A stretch of DNA of 63,895 nt, filler included, from Octopus bimaculoides (GCF_001194135.2; 7 parts of 7 records of this genome joined end to end with filler, not necessarily neighbours in it), one strand, 5' to 3'. Positions 27,766 to 41,205 are shown, counted from the first letter of the whole stretch. Translations and numbers: made by a program. The notes: generated by a model not told the origin, from the letters alone.

Positions 27766-28403
27766 NNNNNNNNNNNNNNNNNNNNNNNNNNNNNNNNNNN
27801 NNNNNNNNNTTAATTAATTAANNNNNNNNNNNNNNNNNNNNNNNNNNNNNNNNNNNNNNNNNNNNGCTCATGAAATTAACGTGCAAGTGGCTGAGTTCTC
27901 CACAGACACGCGTACCCTTAGCGTAGTTTTCAGGGAGATTCAGTGTGACACAGAATGTGAAAAGGCCGGCCCTTGTGATTTACAGGTATTACTCATTTTT
28001 GCCAGCTGAGTGGACTGCAGCAACGTGAAATAAAGTGACTTGCTCAAGGACACAACATGCCGCCGGGAATCGAACTCTCAACCGTACGATCATGTGCCGA
28101 TTATCGCTAACTACTAATCCACGGGTTTTCGCTATTTTCAAAAAAAAAAAAAAGACATTGAAGGGTAGGTGTGAATGGCCAGAAAACCGGTCAAGTGTTT
28201 GGGCCTGATATGGTCAGTTTAAATACTAAAGGGCAAATGTTACACTTTTCTTGGCCCAGGATAACATTCCAATGAGAATCGCAAACTATTTGAGTTTCCT
28301 GTAAACGGAAATACTTCCGGACACCTTGGTTGTGAACAAAGACGGTTCAGTCAAAGCGAAAGCTACCAGCATGTCGAACGGTGCTATAGTCACCTCGCCC
28401 TTA

Positions 28404-28959
28404 ATACTGGTTTCAAATTTTGGCACAAGGCCAGCAATTCCGGCGAAGTGAGTACGTCGATTACATCGACCCCCAGTGCTCAACTGGTACTTACTTCATT
28501 GACATCGAAAGCACAAAAGGTAAAGTCGACCTCGATGGAATTTGAACTCAGAACGTAACGGCAGACGAAATACCGCTAAGCATTCCGTCCGGCGTACTAA
28601 CGTTTCTTATTTCCTTATTGCCCACAAGGGGCTAAACATAGAGGGGACAAACAAGGACAGATAAAGGAATTAAGTCGATTACATCGACCCCAGTGCGAAA
28701 CTGTTAGTTAATTTATCGACCCCGAAAGGATGAAAAGCAAAGTCGACCACGGCGGAGTTTGAACTCATAACGTAGCGGCAGACGAAATACCTATTTCTTT
28801 ACTGCCCACAAGGGGCTACACAGAGAGGGGACAAACAAGGACAGACAAACGGATTAAGTCGATTATATTGACCCCAGTGCGTGACTCAGAACGTAAAATC
28901 AGACGAAATAGCGCTAAGCATTTCGCCCGGCGTGCTAACGTTTCTGCCAGCTCGCCGCC
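28404..28959 (-). mobile_element. SINE family A, trimer
   Basis: Three head-to-tail monomers with junctions at about 28605 and 28790. The 5'-most monomer has an internal deletion. Confidence 0.85.
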
Positions 28960-29178
28960 TTGTGCTACAAGATTGTATTACGCCACCAACACCGCCCCAT
29001 GATAAACCGGCATCAATGACACGAGACGATGCAATCCTAAATAGAGACGATTTGTACGAGAGATGTAAGACATTGGAACACATGTCGGACGCGCCTCAGT
29101 TTGTCGTCGTCATAAAACAGTTTTACAACAAAAACAACAACGCCAGTAGCAATAATGACAACAGCAGCAGCAGCAGTA

Positions 29179-29251
<73 letters not shown>

Positions 29252-29369
29252 CAACATTATGTTGTTGACTTTCTAATGACTTTTGTAACCAAATTTTTAG
29301 AAACCTGTTTTAACTTTGTCCTGTGAAATACGATATATATTGGAGAGGGGTGGGGTGGGGAGTATTACG

Positions 29370-29940
29370 GACATACATACATGTGTGTGTGTATGTATGA
29401 AGGTATGTGTGTATGTGTGTATGTGTGTGTGAATGTATGTATGATTATATGTATGAATGTGTGTATGTATTTCTGTATGTATGTGTATGTATGAGTGTGT
29501 GTGTGTATGTATGAATGTATGTATGAGTGTATTTGTGTATGTGTGTATGAATGTATGTAGGTGTGTATGTATGTGTATGTATGTGTGTATGTGTGTGTGT
29601 GTGTGTACGTATGTATGTGTGTATGTATGCGTGTATGTATATGTGTGTATGTGTGTATATATGTGTATGTACGTATGTGTGTGTATGTAAGCGTGTATGT
29701 ATATGTGTGTATGTGTGTATATATGTGTGTGTACGTATGTGTGTGTATGTAAGCGTGTATGTGTGTGTGATTATGTATGTGCGTGCATGTATGTATGTGT
29801 GTATGTATGTGTGTATGTTTGTATGTGTGTGTATACACAGACACAATCACATCCATATATATACACGCATACATACATATATGCATATATAGACGTGTGT
29901 GTGTGTTCGTACGCATGTGTGTGTGCGTGCGTGTGTATGT
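29370..29940. repeat. Degenerate (TG/TATG)n field
   Basis: Direct observation. It explains the many overlapping HT/VC/YI ORFs. Confidence 0.95.
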
Positions 29941-30267
29941 GGAGGGTGTGTATCACCCGTTGTGTTTCTGGTGTTGTTGCTGCTGTTTAACCATAGGAAA
30001 GCCATGATCGAGCAGACCTATGATCAAAGGCATTCCAACGGTGACCACTTCATCGTATTCACACATTTCTTTTATTTCTCTTCCTACACTTATTTCAGTA
30101 TTTAGACGGCGGCCATGCTGGGGCACTGCCTTGAAGAATTTTTTAATCGAATAAATCTGTTATGTAAGCCTTGTATTGTTATGTCGATCTCTTTGGCGGG
30201 ACGGCTAAGTTACGGGGACATAAACACACCAACACTGGTTGCCAAACGGTAGTTGCGGACAAACACA

Positions 30268-30336
<69 letters not shown>

Positions 30337-31542
30337 AGACACATCTATATGTATGTATACATATATATATGTGTGTGTGTTTGTGTGTGTATGTGTGTAT
30401 GTATGTGTGTATGTGTGTGTGATGGTCTTCTTTTAGTTTCCATCTACCAAATCCACTCACAAGGTTTTGGTTGACTCAAAGCTATAGTAGAACACTTGCC
30501 CAAGGTACCACGCAATGGATCTGAACTAAGTTGCGCGCGCACATACACACACACACGTACACACACACACACACGCACACGCGCGCGCGCACACGCACAC
30601 ATTATCCGATGTGCCTTTCCTTTATCAAAAACAATAAGGTGTCAAATGTGGGTAATTGGTTGCTATTTCTAGCAAATCACGTGACATCATACTCTGTATT
30701 GTATATATATATGTATATATATATATATATATATNNNNNNNNNNNNNNNNNNNNNNNNNNNNNNNNNNNNNNNNNNNNNNNNNNNNNNNNNNNNNNNNNN
30801 NNNNNNNNNNNNNNNNNNNNNNNNNNNNNNNNNNNNNNNNNNNNNNNNNNNNNNNNNNNNNNNNNNNNNNNNNNNNNNNNNNNNNNNNNNNNNNNNNNNN
30901 NNNNNNNNNNNNNNNNNNNNNNNNNNNNNNNNNNNNNNNNNNNNNNNNNNNNNNNNNNNNNNNNNNNNNNNNNNNNNNNNNNNNNNNNNNNNNNNNNNNN
31001 NNNNNNNNNNNNNNNNNNNNNNNNNNNNNNNNNNNNNNNNNNNNNNNNNNNNNNNNNNNNNNNNNNNNNNNNNNNNNNNNNNNNNNNNNNNNNNNNNNNN
31101 NNNNNNNNNNNNNNNNNNNNNNNNNNNNNNNNNNNNNNNNNNNNNNNNNNNNNNNNNNNNNNNNNNNNNNNNNNNNNNNNNNNNNNNNNNNNNNNNNNNN
31201 NNNNNNNNNNNNNNNNNNNNNNNNNNNNNNNNNNNNNNNNNNNNNNNNNNNNNNNNNNNNNNNNNNNNNNNNNNNNNNNNNNNNNNNNNNNNNNNNNNNN
31301 NNNNNNNNNNNNNNNNNNNNNNNNNNNNNNNNNNNNNNNNNNNNNNNNNNNNNNNNNNNNNNNNNNNNNNNNNNNNNNNNNNNNNNNNNNNNNNNNNNNN
31401 NNNNNNNNNNNNNNNNNNNNNNNNNNNNNNNNNNNNNNNNNNNNNNNNNNNNNNNNNNNNNNNNNNNNNNNNNNNNNTGTATGTGTGTGTGTGTGTATGT
31501 ATATGCATGCCTGTATGTTTGTATGTATGCATATATATGTAT

Positions 31543-31618
<76 letters not shown>

Positions 31619-32633
31619 AAGTACTTTTGGTCTTTCAAACTTGTTTTCCCGTGACTATATAATTAAACCCACACCATGTGTTCACACAGGTATGTATAAA
31701 TATCGGCCAATTCTCTCTCAAAACACTCCCACAATCTTAAGGAAAATGGAAGGTCACATTTATTATCGTAATCGTGGAATTATATTGTCAGAATATAAAC
31801 GGGATAGTCACGGCAGGAAAACCATCAGTTGTGGACGTGGTGGATCCGGACTGACCTACGGCTAAATAACGACGAAGTTATATGAAACATCGCTGTAAAC
31901 AGTGGAAGCAGTGTGGAATTAACTAGAGTTCAATGGACAAGTATTGTCAGAGTGTCATAGTTCTCACGAAGAAAGGGTAGCTGCGGTTGACTAGCAGCCT
32001 ATCCAGTAGGAGATTTATCTCACACAGGCTTATATAAAGGTTGGAATGGAATGAAGGTCTCTTAGTCGACATATCATTTTTAACGTAAGAAGTATGGAAA
32101 TCGTGGGAACTGGAGCCAGAATTTCTAAAACAATAGGTACCGTCTTGGAATTGGTAGAAAGAGATACAACACATAAACATGACTAGGGTTACGTATTAAG
32201 TCGTCATTGTGGCACTCCGTCGGTTACGACGACGAGGGTTCCGGTTGGTCCAATCAACGGAACAGCCTGCTCGTGAAATTGACGTGCTTACGAGGCACTG
32301 CACACATATATTGCATAAGGGTACCCTAGCACAAACGCAACAAATAGGAAATAACACTTGGTGGTTAAAGTGTTAAGCTCGCGATCATAAAGTCGTGGGT
32401 TCGATTCCTAGGCCACCTGTTGTGTCCTTGGGCAAGGTACTTCATTTTACGTTGCTGCGATTACATAGCTCAGTTACAGGGACATAAAGAAAACAACACC
32501 GGTTACCAAGCCTTCAGGTGGAAACAAATGCAAGCACAAATACACACATACACACATACACACACACATATACATACATATATACACATATATATGTGCG
32601 CGTATGTGTACGTATGAATATATGTATGTATGA

Positions 32634-32695
<62 letters not shown>

Positions 32696-33676
32696 AATCA
32701 AATTCACTCACAAAGAATAGATCGGCCGAGGTGATAGTAAAAGGCACTTGCCCAAGTTGCCGCGCAGCAGGATCGAAATCGAAACGACATACTTGCAATA
32801 CGAGTTTCTTAAACACACGGCCATTCCTGCACCAACGCGAGCTTCTTAACATAAAAAAGATAAACACAATTCCCACCACAAACTGATGTTGATCGATGTC
32901 AGCAAAAATTACGAAGCCATGTTCGTGACAGGTTACCTTTCGTATCTCATAAGATACAGACGTTTCGGGGAGTGGCTCTTCCTCTGACAAAGGGAAATGT
33001 TGTATAAAAAATGTTTCACGAAGCTTTTGTTAACTTTGAACAGTGATGCATCGTGTATATATTTTATTTCTTTGAGATACACCTTAATTCTTTTTGATTT
33101 CAGAAAGGAAATTCTAGGTGTATTTTTTACATCATGAATAATTAAACACGATAATAATAGTTTGAAGTTTTTTTATGGTGGTACTATTAAAAAGACTAGG
33201 TTAGTTAGTTCAAACGTAAATTTGTCCTGCCACCGCCATATTAAAGACTTGTTTATTTATTTATTTATTTATGTTCACTTTGTAAGTCTACAATATTAAC
33301 AGCATTTGATAATGAAGTGCACGGTTATATTGTTGCTTTTGCTGTTGTTGTTGTTTTTGCTGTTGTTGTTGTTTTGAGAACAAGAGTGGACTTACAGGAG
33401 TTTTTTTTTTGGGGGGGTGACATTGCACGGTTTCCCACACCATTACTACCACCACCACCACCACCACCAACACCACCAACAGCCACACCTTTACAGCAAC
33501 CACCACCGCCACCTACAACAACAGCAACACCAACTGCACTTCACCACCACCACCACCACCACCACCACTACAAACAACTACACTTTCACATCGCCACTAC
33601 GAATATTAATGCCACCGCCAACACCATGCCTTCGACAGCAAGCACCACCACCACTACCACCGCCACCACCGCCACC

Positions 33677-33714
<38 letters not shown>

Positions 33715-33799
33715 AAACAATAACAACCATCGTTACATCCTTCTCTGTTATCACTGACGTCACTATCAACATGAACTTCGAGCCAACGAGGGAACCTCT

Positions 33800-33995
33800 T
33801 CATGGTCTCTCAAAGAGCTAGAAATAGCAGCTACATCGCCGTCAAATTATACCCACTCTTCTATCTTACTGAGGGACATGTTTGACAACGTAGTTCTTGA
33901 CAAACCGAAAATATTCAAGAGGGTCACGGCCGGCACGCCTTTAGGCGTTCTCGCTGGACCTGGTATGCGTAACCTGGGGCTAAACAACAACTGCA
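33800..33995 (+). mobile_element. Further interspersed repeat family (ctagaaatagcagc... ending ctggggctaaacaacaac)
   Basis: Related segments at 18600-18770(-), 29960-30050(-), 34845-35020(+), 46350-46415(-) and 59560-59620(+). Probably a SINE or LINE tail. Confidence 0.55.
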
Positions 33996-34474
33996 GCCTT
34001 CACAGCTGTCATTCTCCCACCACCACCACCACACTCCAAGTAACACCAACAGTTGCAGGGCTTCATAACTCCTATCGCCACCTCCTCCCACCTCATACCA
34101 ACACAGCCTTCGTAACTGTCACTGCTGCCGCCGCCGCCACCATGCCGACAGCTGCAACCGCTACCGACGCCGCCGTCACCATCATATCAATAGATACAAC
34201 CTTCACAGCTCTCACCGCTGTCACCACCACCACCACCATAGTAACTGGCGCAGTAGTCACATCTCTCACCGCCACCACCACCACGTGAGAAAGTAGCGAC
34301 ATTTTAAAAGCCAAAAAAACTTAAGTTGGCTGAAAGCTTCTCTTTGAGTTCGTCCGTTATGTAATTAGGCTGACGAGGTAAGATTCACAGCTGTAACCAA
34401 TCTGAACAGCGAAACACCGGGTTAAGAGGGCCGGGGAGCAACTCATAAAAACCCCCTACAACGCCATATAACTG

Positions 34475-34800
34475 GCACCTCCGTCGATTACGACGATGAC
34501 TGTTCCGAGCGATTCGATCAACAGAACAGACTGCTCGTGAAATTAACGTGTGAGTGGCTGAGTACTCCACGAACATGCGTAGCCTTAACGTAGTTATCAG
34601 AGAGATTCAGCGTGACACAGAATGTGACAAAGCTGGCCCCTTTGAATTACAGGTACAACTCATTTTTGCCAGCTGAGTGGAGTGGAACAAGGAAAAATAA
34701 AGTGTCTTGCTCAAGGACATAATGCGTCGCCGGGAATCGAACTCAGGACCTTACGGCTGTGAGCCGAATGCCCTAACCATTTCGCCAGGTACCTTCACAG
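34475..34800 (-). mobile_element. CORE-type SINE (tail X, ending ggagtgcca)
   Basis: The minus strand has gagttcgattccc, tgtccttgagcaagacact and tail X. Related copies: 27866-28125(-), 240-430(-, old), 32208-32290(-, tail), 32350-32470(+, head), 60135-60251(-, tail), 60484-60525(-, tail). Confidence 0.8.
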
Positions 34801-35269
34801 AATCGTGAGACGATGAGGGAGGCTGTACGTCTATGTGGTTGCACGACTTGCTAGAAATAATAGATTAATGTCACTCATAACTCACTTTTGCGTCTTCAAA
34901 AAGGACACGTTCGATAAAGTGGCTCTGGTTTTTCTGCACATAGAGAAAAAAAGGAAGGCAGGAATGTCATGGTAGGAACGCCTTTGATCATAAGGCTGCC
35001 GGTCAAGGGCTTGAACAACTACATCATCATATACAGGAAATGGGCGTTTGGTGAGAAAGAACAGACAAGGGCAGAGTTTCTCATAGAAGTGGAGGATGTG
35101 GAGAGTGTGGGGTGGAGGTTGCTGTGAAGAATTGAAAAGTGAAGTGGAGATAGAATCGTGATGACTAATAAAATCTAAGTTGGTTTCAAATGCTTTAAAC
35201 TTGTCCAACTTCATGGCAGAGAAAAACTGTAATTGAGGCAAATTGAAGTTTTGGAGTGGACGGTACGTG

Positions 35270-35480
35270 GCCTGGCCTAGTGGTTGGGGGTATTGCGCTC
35301 TCGATCACAAGATCGTGGTTTCGATTCATGGACCGAGTGGTACGTTGTATTCTTGAGTAAGATACTTCATTTCACGTTGGCCCAGTCCACTCAGCCGTAA
35401 ATAGGTAACACCCCTGCGACGGAATAGCCTCCCTGAACTTATAGGCCATGGAAACCAGGTAACCGGCGCTGGGAGTCCTA
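35270..35480 (+). mobile_element. CORE-type SINE with alternative tail Y
   Basis: A box tggcctagtgg, B box gtttcgattc, CORE segment, then ggccatggaaaccaggtaaccgg, which is related to 2700-2745(-). Confidence 0.65.
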
Positions 35481-35639
35481 GGGCTCAAGACCGTAAGGTC
35501 CGGAGACTGAGAGGGAGAAAACTCTATTTTATGTACTCTTTAATAAAGAGTAGGGACTAGTATTTGTCAGTTTGATAGAGGCCTCTAATATAGCACTTTG
35601 CTAGGGACCTCCACCGAACTTCAGATTACCTTCTACAAT

Positions 35640-35805
35640 CAGGGCCGGCCCTAAGGTTGCTGGTGCCCCGTGCAAGCTGAACTTCGGCGTATACAAGCTG
35701 ACGGTCGTGGGAGTTTCCTTGTCTTTGTCACGCCTTCCTTGGCGCCCTATAGCACACGGCGCCCCGGGCAACTGCCCGAGTTACCGGTACCTCGAGCCGG
35801 CCATG
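35640..35805. mobile_element. hAT-like MITE
   Basis: TIRs CAGGGCCGGCCCTAAGG / CCTCGAGCCGGCCATG. The 8-bp flanks TCTACAAT/TCTGTCAT match 5/8. GC-rich island. Confidence 0.55.
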
Positions 35806-36382
35806 TCTGTCATTCACCCACAGTAGTGTATGAATAAAACTGTTAAGGTCAACATTTATTCTTCCGCAATCATTTATCCGCCCTCCAGTTTCACCGCCCT
35901 CCAGCTAATCTAATTCTTGGCCAAATTAAATGGAGTAAAGTTCGTTGAAGACGACCAATACTCCGATATATTTCCAAATATTATAATAGAAAATTGGTTG
36001 GATAAAAAGAAAGCCATGATAAAATACATGTTTAAAGATAGGAGAGCTACGCATAGAAACATCTGTTATTTTGAAGATAACAAAGGTTTCTGTTAGTGCA
36101 GTTAAGTTTTTTTTAAAGATATAAGTGAAAGGAATTAACATTGAAAACTGCTTCAAATTTGCTACTTAGGGAACAAAAATGTGAGAATAACGCACAGATG
36201 CCACTTCTAAGCAGTAGGGTTTCTTGATTTCTTTGTGGTTTTTGTTTTAATTACACTTAAGAGATCTCAATGAGTGGCATCTACTTATGTGAACCTCGTC
36301 AAAATTAGTGCAATATAAAACAAAATTTTATGAGGTAAAATGGTGACATTTGAATAAGAGTAAGGCCTAAATTCGTCTTTAA

Positions 36383-36628
36383 ACCATTCATGCCAATCGT
36401 TCGTTTAACCTGACCCTTAATTTATAAGGGGATAAAACAAATACTTGATGCAAATTGTGATATGTCTATGATCTGTACCAAAGAATGAGACATATTCTTA
36501 ACGCGTATGCAGTCTGTATCAAACGGATTTCAATGAATTTTTTTTTCAGTTGTTATTTAGGTCAAAAGAGTAGCATCTGTGAATTTTCAGGCAATTTCAT
36601 ACACTAAAAAAATTTTGGTACGAATGGG
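36383..36628. mobile_element. piggyBac-like MITE
   Basis: TTAA on both sides (36379-82 and 36629-32). Imperfect TIRs ACCATTCATGCCAA / TTGGTACGAATGGG. Confidence 0.6.
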
Positions 36629-36982
36629 TTAAACTATCAAAGCTCTGATATTTTAGAAAACAGTTTCGGTGCGTTGGCAGACTCGTTAGCACGCCGTGCA
36701 AAATACTTAGCGACATTTCGTCCATCGTTACGTCCTGAGTTCAAATTCCGCCGAGGTCCATTTTGTCTTTCATTCTTCCGGGGTCGGTAAAATAAATACT
36801 AGTTGAACAGAAAGGGTCGATGTCATCGACTTAACCCTCCCCGAAATTACTGGCCTTGTGCCAACATTTGGAAACAGAGTTTCGCTTTCTTCAAAGATTT
36901 AAATGAGAGAAATGAAATATTGAAAATTCTGAAAATCGCGAGTATTACGTTCCAAAACCTCCCACAGAAATAATTAAAATCT

Positions 36983-37375
36983 TGTGTGATAAGTAGCTTG
37001 CTTACCAATCACATGGTCCCGGGTTCAGTCACATTGCGTGGCACCTTGGGCAAGTGTCTTCTACTATAGCCGACCAAAGCCTTGTGAGTGGATCTGGTAG
37101 ACGGAAACTAGAAGAAGCCCATCGTATATGTATATGCATGTATATATATATGTGTGTGTGTGTATATACGTTTGTGTGTCTGTGTTTGTCCCCCCAACAT
37201 CGCTTGACAACCGATGCTGGTGTGTTTACGTCCCCATAACTTAGCGGTTCGGTAAAAAGACAACCGATAGAATAAGTGCTAAGCTTACAAAGAATAACTC
37301 CTGGGGTCGATTTGCTCGATTAAAGGCAGTGCTCCAGTACGGCTGAAGTCAAGTGACTGAAACAAGTAAAAGAAT
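36983..37375 (+). mobile_element. tRNA/CORE-type SINE family B with internal (TA)n(TG)n
   Basis: B-box ggttcagtc, CORE-like ggcaccttgggcaagtgtctt, central microsatellite, tail gactgaaacaagtaaaag. Other copies: 6350-6853(+), 9901-10048(+), 10245-10404(-), 15315-15742(+), 30075-30530(-), 32690-32830(-), 46788-47193(-), 51250-51420(+). Confidence 0.85.
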
Positions 37376-37451
37376 ATACCTATCGGCCTCAGAAACCCGG
37401 ATATACTGAGGAGCCCGCGATATAAATTGACACGTATTAGCCCAAAAAAAT

Positions 37452-37610
37452 CCGCGATGTACTGAGTGCGCGATAGGTGAATCGCGATGTACTGAGTGCG
37501 CGATAGGTGAACCGTGATGTACTGAGTGCGCGATAGGTGAACCGCGATGTACTGAGTGCGCGATAGGTGAACCGCGATGTACTGAGTGCGCGATAGGTGA
37601 ACCGCGATAT
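37452..37610 (+). repeat. 30-bp minisatellite x5.3 (ccgcgatgtactgagtgcgcgataggtgaa)
   Basis: Five near-identical units are directly visible and run into a MITE terminus. Confidence 0.95.
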
Positions 37611-38582
37611 GGCGAGGGGTGATTACAGTAATAGAAACACTTTTGAAACAAAAACTTTATGAAACTTGAGAGCAATCAATAGTAAATCTTGTGGCATTGA
37701 AAGCTTTATAAATAAACTTAAAAAAACTGTAAAAATGCAGAGAATATAGGGAAGCGTTGAACTGGGCCCAAATTTTGTCCCGTTTCTGTCTAGTTTCCAT
37801 TTTCGGTTTAATTCAATCAGGATGTGTGTTTAGTGAGGACATTTTTTTGGTCTTTTTTGGAGGGAAGCCTTGCACAAGCTAAACATTTCTGCTCCCTATC
37901 TATTTGTCCGTCTGTTCGTCTATCTCCCTATCAGTCTGTCTGTCTGTCAAACTGTCTCTTTGCTTGTCTGACATCCACCAACACCATCACACCTGCCCGT
38001 TCCACCACCCCCAGACAATCACTGAATAATAACCCGTGTGGTTTCATTCATTACTGGACTTTCACTCGTAATGTCATGTCCGACTGTAACTGTTGTGGTT
38101 GGTAGTCATGATCAAGATGGCGGTGAGAGCGATGCTAATAGTTACGCATGTAGGAATCTATTCGTGCGTGTGTGAATACATACATGCACACATGTGTCTG
38201 TGTGTGTGTGTGTATAGTGTGTATGTATGTATGCATGTATAGTTTACTCTCTCCTGTTATGGTAAGATCAACAAAAAAGTGCTCCATAGTTTTTACTATT
38301 AGTAGCTCTTCAAACTATATGTGTAAGTAATATATATATGTGTGTATATATGTGTGTGTGTGGAGAGAGAGAGGGGGGAAAGAGACAGACAGAGAGAGTG
38401 ATGTTTGTGTGTGTGTGTGTATGTGTGTGTGTGTGTGTGTGTGTAGATGTGCCTGTAGTGTCAGAGCTATCCAGTACGTGTCTAACGACCGGGCGAATCG
38501 TCTTCTGAGATAGCAACACAACAGATGATTATAGGTGTTATGTAAGGTATCTATGATCATTCAATCTTCCACCTCTCCACAT

Positions 38583-38634
<52 letters not shown>

Positions 38635-39732
38635 TCCTATCTATTTGACACACACACACACACACATACTCTTTCCAAACCTCTACATTCCAATGGTCTC
38701 ATTATCCTGGCCTTTCACCTTCCTGTACACGTCTGTCCTAACATATCTATGTCCACCACCACCACCACCACCACTACCATCAGCAACAACAACAACACAA
38801 ACAGAACAAACTAACACAATTANNNNNNNNNNNNNNNNNNNNNNNNNNNNNNNNNNNNNNNNNNNNTTAATTAATTAANNNNNNNNNNNNNNNNNNNNNN
38901 NNNNNNNNNNNNNNNNNNNNNNCATACATCTTTAACGCTACAATAAATATATCTGTTATTCATCTAATACGGTTGTGGTCTTTCATTACTGGTCATCTAT
39001 GTTATCGTCGCATAATATATCATCTATATCATCATCGATATATAATTGTATGTTCGACCGTGTGACGCGTTTGAATAAAAGGAGTCCTCTGTTTTTCCAT
39101 TCGTCACCATATCTCCTTTTATGAGTTCGCACGGTCGTCCCTTACATATATATATATATATATATGTATGTATGTGTGTGTGTGTGTGTATTATTGTTTT
39201 TTTTTCTCCAAGCAATTACAAATAGAGCAGGTTGAATTGCTTCTTTTCAAGGTCACTAGTAGTAGTAAACACATTTGACCTCTGCTGATCCAATAGGTGC
39301 GAAGATTTTTTTTTGTCTCTATGACTGACCTCCCCACCATCTGCCGAATTTATTTATAGACCTGTAGATTATGATCTATTCACCAGGCTGCTACCCAACT
39401 ATTTCCTCCAACAACCACATATTTATGATTATCTCAAGTACATGACAAAAGCTGAACATAAAGAACATTTAGTAAAATCTTTTAATAATAAATGGAAATA
39501 GTAATAATGATAGAAACAATGGCAGTGGTGGTGATGGTGACAATGATAAAAAAAAATAATAATATGCTACAGCTGCTAATACTACAGCTACTACTATTAT
39601 GATAGCACAGGAATCTGAGGCCCAACTACCACCCTTACAACTACCCCCACCCTGCTACTGTTTCTGTTGCTACAACCACTGCTACTACTACTACACATGA
39701 AAACGATAATATCAGTGATATCAGTGATGATC

Positions 39733-39768
<36 letters not shown>

Positions 39769-39769
<1 letters not shown>

Positions 39770-39977
39770 GACAAATATGTAACAAAAACACCAGGACTTA
39801 CAAATATATATAACATACAGAAAATTGCACTACTGGGCACTGCACACATCCTACGCAAAACACTTTTAATACAGTAACCATAAGAGCATCACAGCAAACC
39901 ACAGCACATACCCAAGGCACACAGAGCTGCGCTCGGTAGTGAAGTGAAAGCACGTTATAAAAATAAAACTACTGAAC
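39769..39977 (+). mobile_element. Dong/R4 3' end
   Basis: Encodes IQKIALLGTAHILRKTLLIQ* plus the 3' UTR. Flanked by (TAA)n on both sides. Confidence 0.8.
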
Positions 39978-40001
39978 AATAATAATAATAATAATAATAA
40001 T

Positions 40002-41205
40002 GAAAGGAAACGGGTGGAGTCTCATATGGACTGATTAATGATAAATCTAGTTATGGTGTCACAATAAAAGCACTGGTAATTGCGCAACCTGATAATCGCT
40101 ACCTTATATGAGTGACAATGAAAAAACAAAATATTGTGAATAACGGTAGGAATGAAACTGAAGCCAATGGTGGTGACAGTGTTCTACCCGGCAGGCTCAG
40201 AGATTCTGGTCCGGCTCCAGCCTGTCGATATCCAGAAAGGGACCACCACACACGGTGTAGATGGAGCAAGGAAATTAATGCTGTGATCATGGAGTGTTAC
40301 TACCTGAGCAGCCCGGTAGATGAGAATGGTGCTCAAATTAGGGGTAACTGACAACGTATGTATGATAACTGGAGAGAAAAGGGATTGTTTCAACTCACGG
40401 AACAGAGACTATGTGATCAAGCTAGAGCAATAAGAAAAAAATCGTTGATTCACAGAAGTAGAGGTCGAAGTTATCAAAAGACGGGTCTTGGAAAATAACA
40501 GCAGAGAGAACAATGAAAATACAGTTCTTACTAATAAGAGTAATCTCATAGCACTTTACTTGATGAGAGACATATATATGATCTAAAAGAAAACAATAAA
40601 ACTAAAGGCGACATAACAAATGAACACAAGGCAATCTACGACGGAATAAAGACTACAGGAGAATGTTAGCGACATTATTTGCAACCTTAAAAAGGTTGAT
40701 CGATGGAAATTGAACTAAGAAACGAAAAATGTCAATGAAATTATGAAATACATCAGAACAAACATCACAGAAACAAATAATTTTATCAAGGCAGCAAGTA
40801 TTGTTGTAGCAGAAAACGTAGGTGCTGATGTCAAGAAAAAGAAACACAATGGATGTGGCAAAAGAAAAGATCCATGGTGGAAAAGAAGAATACAGGCAGG
40901 GTTAGACATGCTCTCGAAGGAAATCTCTGTGTTAGACCGAAAAGGGAAAGGGAAGCTTAAAAGCGAACAAAAATACAGGGCGCTGAAAAAGAAGTATGAT
41001 ATTGAAAGAAATGGCCTGAAAGTGGTGATTGAGGAACTGAAACATCGCCTCGTTGCAAAGAAAGCAAAGATGGTAAGATACAACCAAAGAATGAAGGGTT
41101 ACCACCAGAATAGGTTATTCAGAGTAGATCAGAAGAGATACTATAAAGAAATAAATGGAGAGTGTACAGATCAAAAGTTGATACCAGATAACAATGAAAG
41201 TCAAA
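40002..41205 (+). mobile_element. Dong/R4-clade non-LTR retrotransposon, 5' portion, decayed
   Basis: RWSKEINAVIMECYYLS...G(N*)QRMYDNW...TEQRLCDQARAIRK and PWWKRRI...RYNQRMKGYHQNRLFRVDQKRYY resemble the R4/Dong N-terminal region. It starts immediately after an (AAT)n tract and has stops and frameshifts. Confidence 0.7.

Noticed and set aside
27810-27821. Palindrome TTAATTAATTAA recurring six times
   Set aside because: Always centred in N runs; a scaffolding marker, not biology.
31644-31821. Imperfect inverted repeat ttttcc(tg)cgtgactat
   Set aside because: Short, with no clear TSD; cannot be called a MITE.
29365-31865. Long ORFs (up to 444 aa) rich in HT/VC/YI/X
   Set aside because: Translations of dinucleotide repeats and N gaps.
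32955-32995. Minus-strand CAGAGGA...GAAACGTC hammerhead-like string
   Set aside because: Core mismatch, weak stem II and no stem I.
33317-34288. Poly-P/H/T/Q ORFs resembling mucins or transcription factors
   Set aside because: Trinucleotide microsatellite mosaic that includes an interspersed repeat; no splice or domain support.
37452-37610. Possible CRISPR-like 30-bp repeats
   Set aside because: Units are contiguous with no unique spacers, and the context is eukaryotic.
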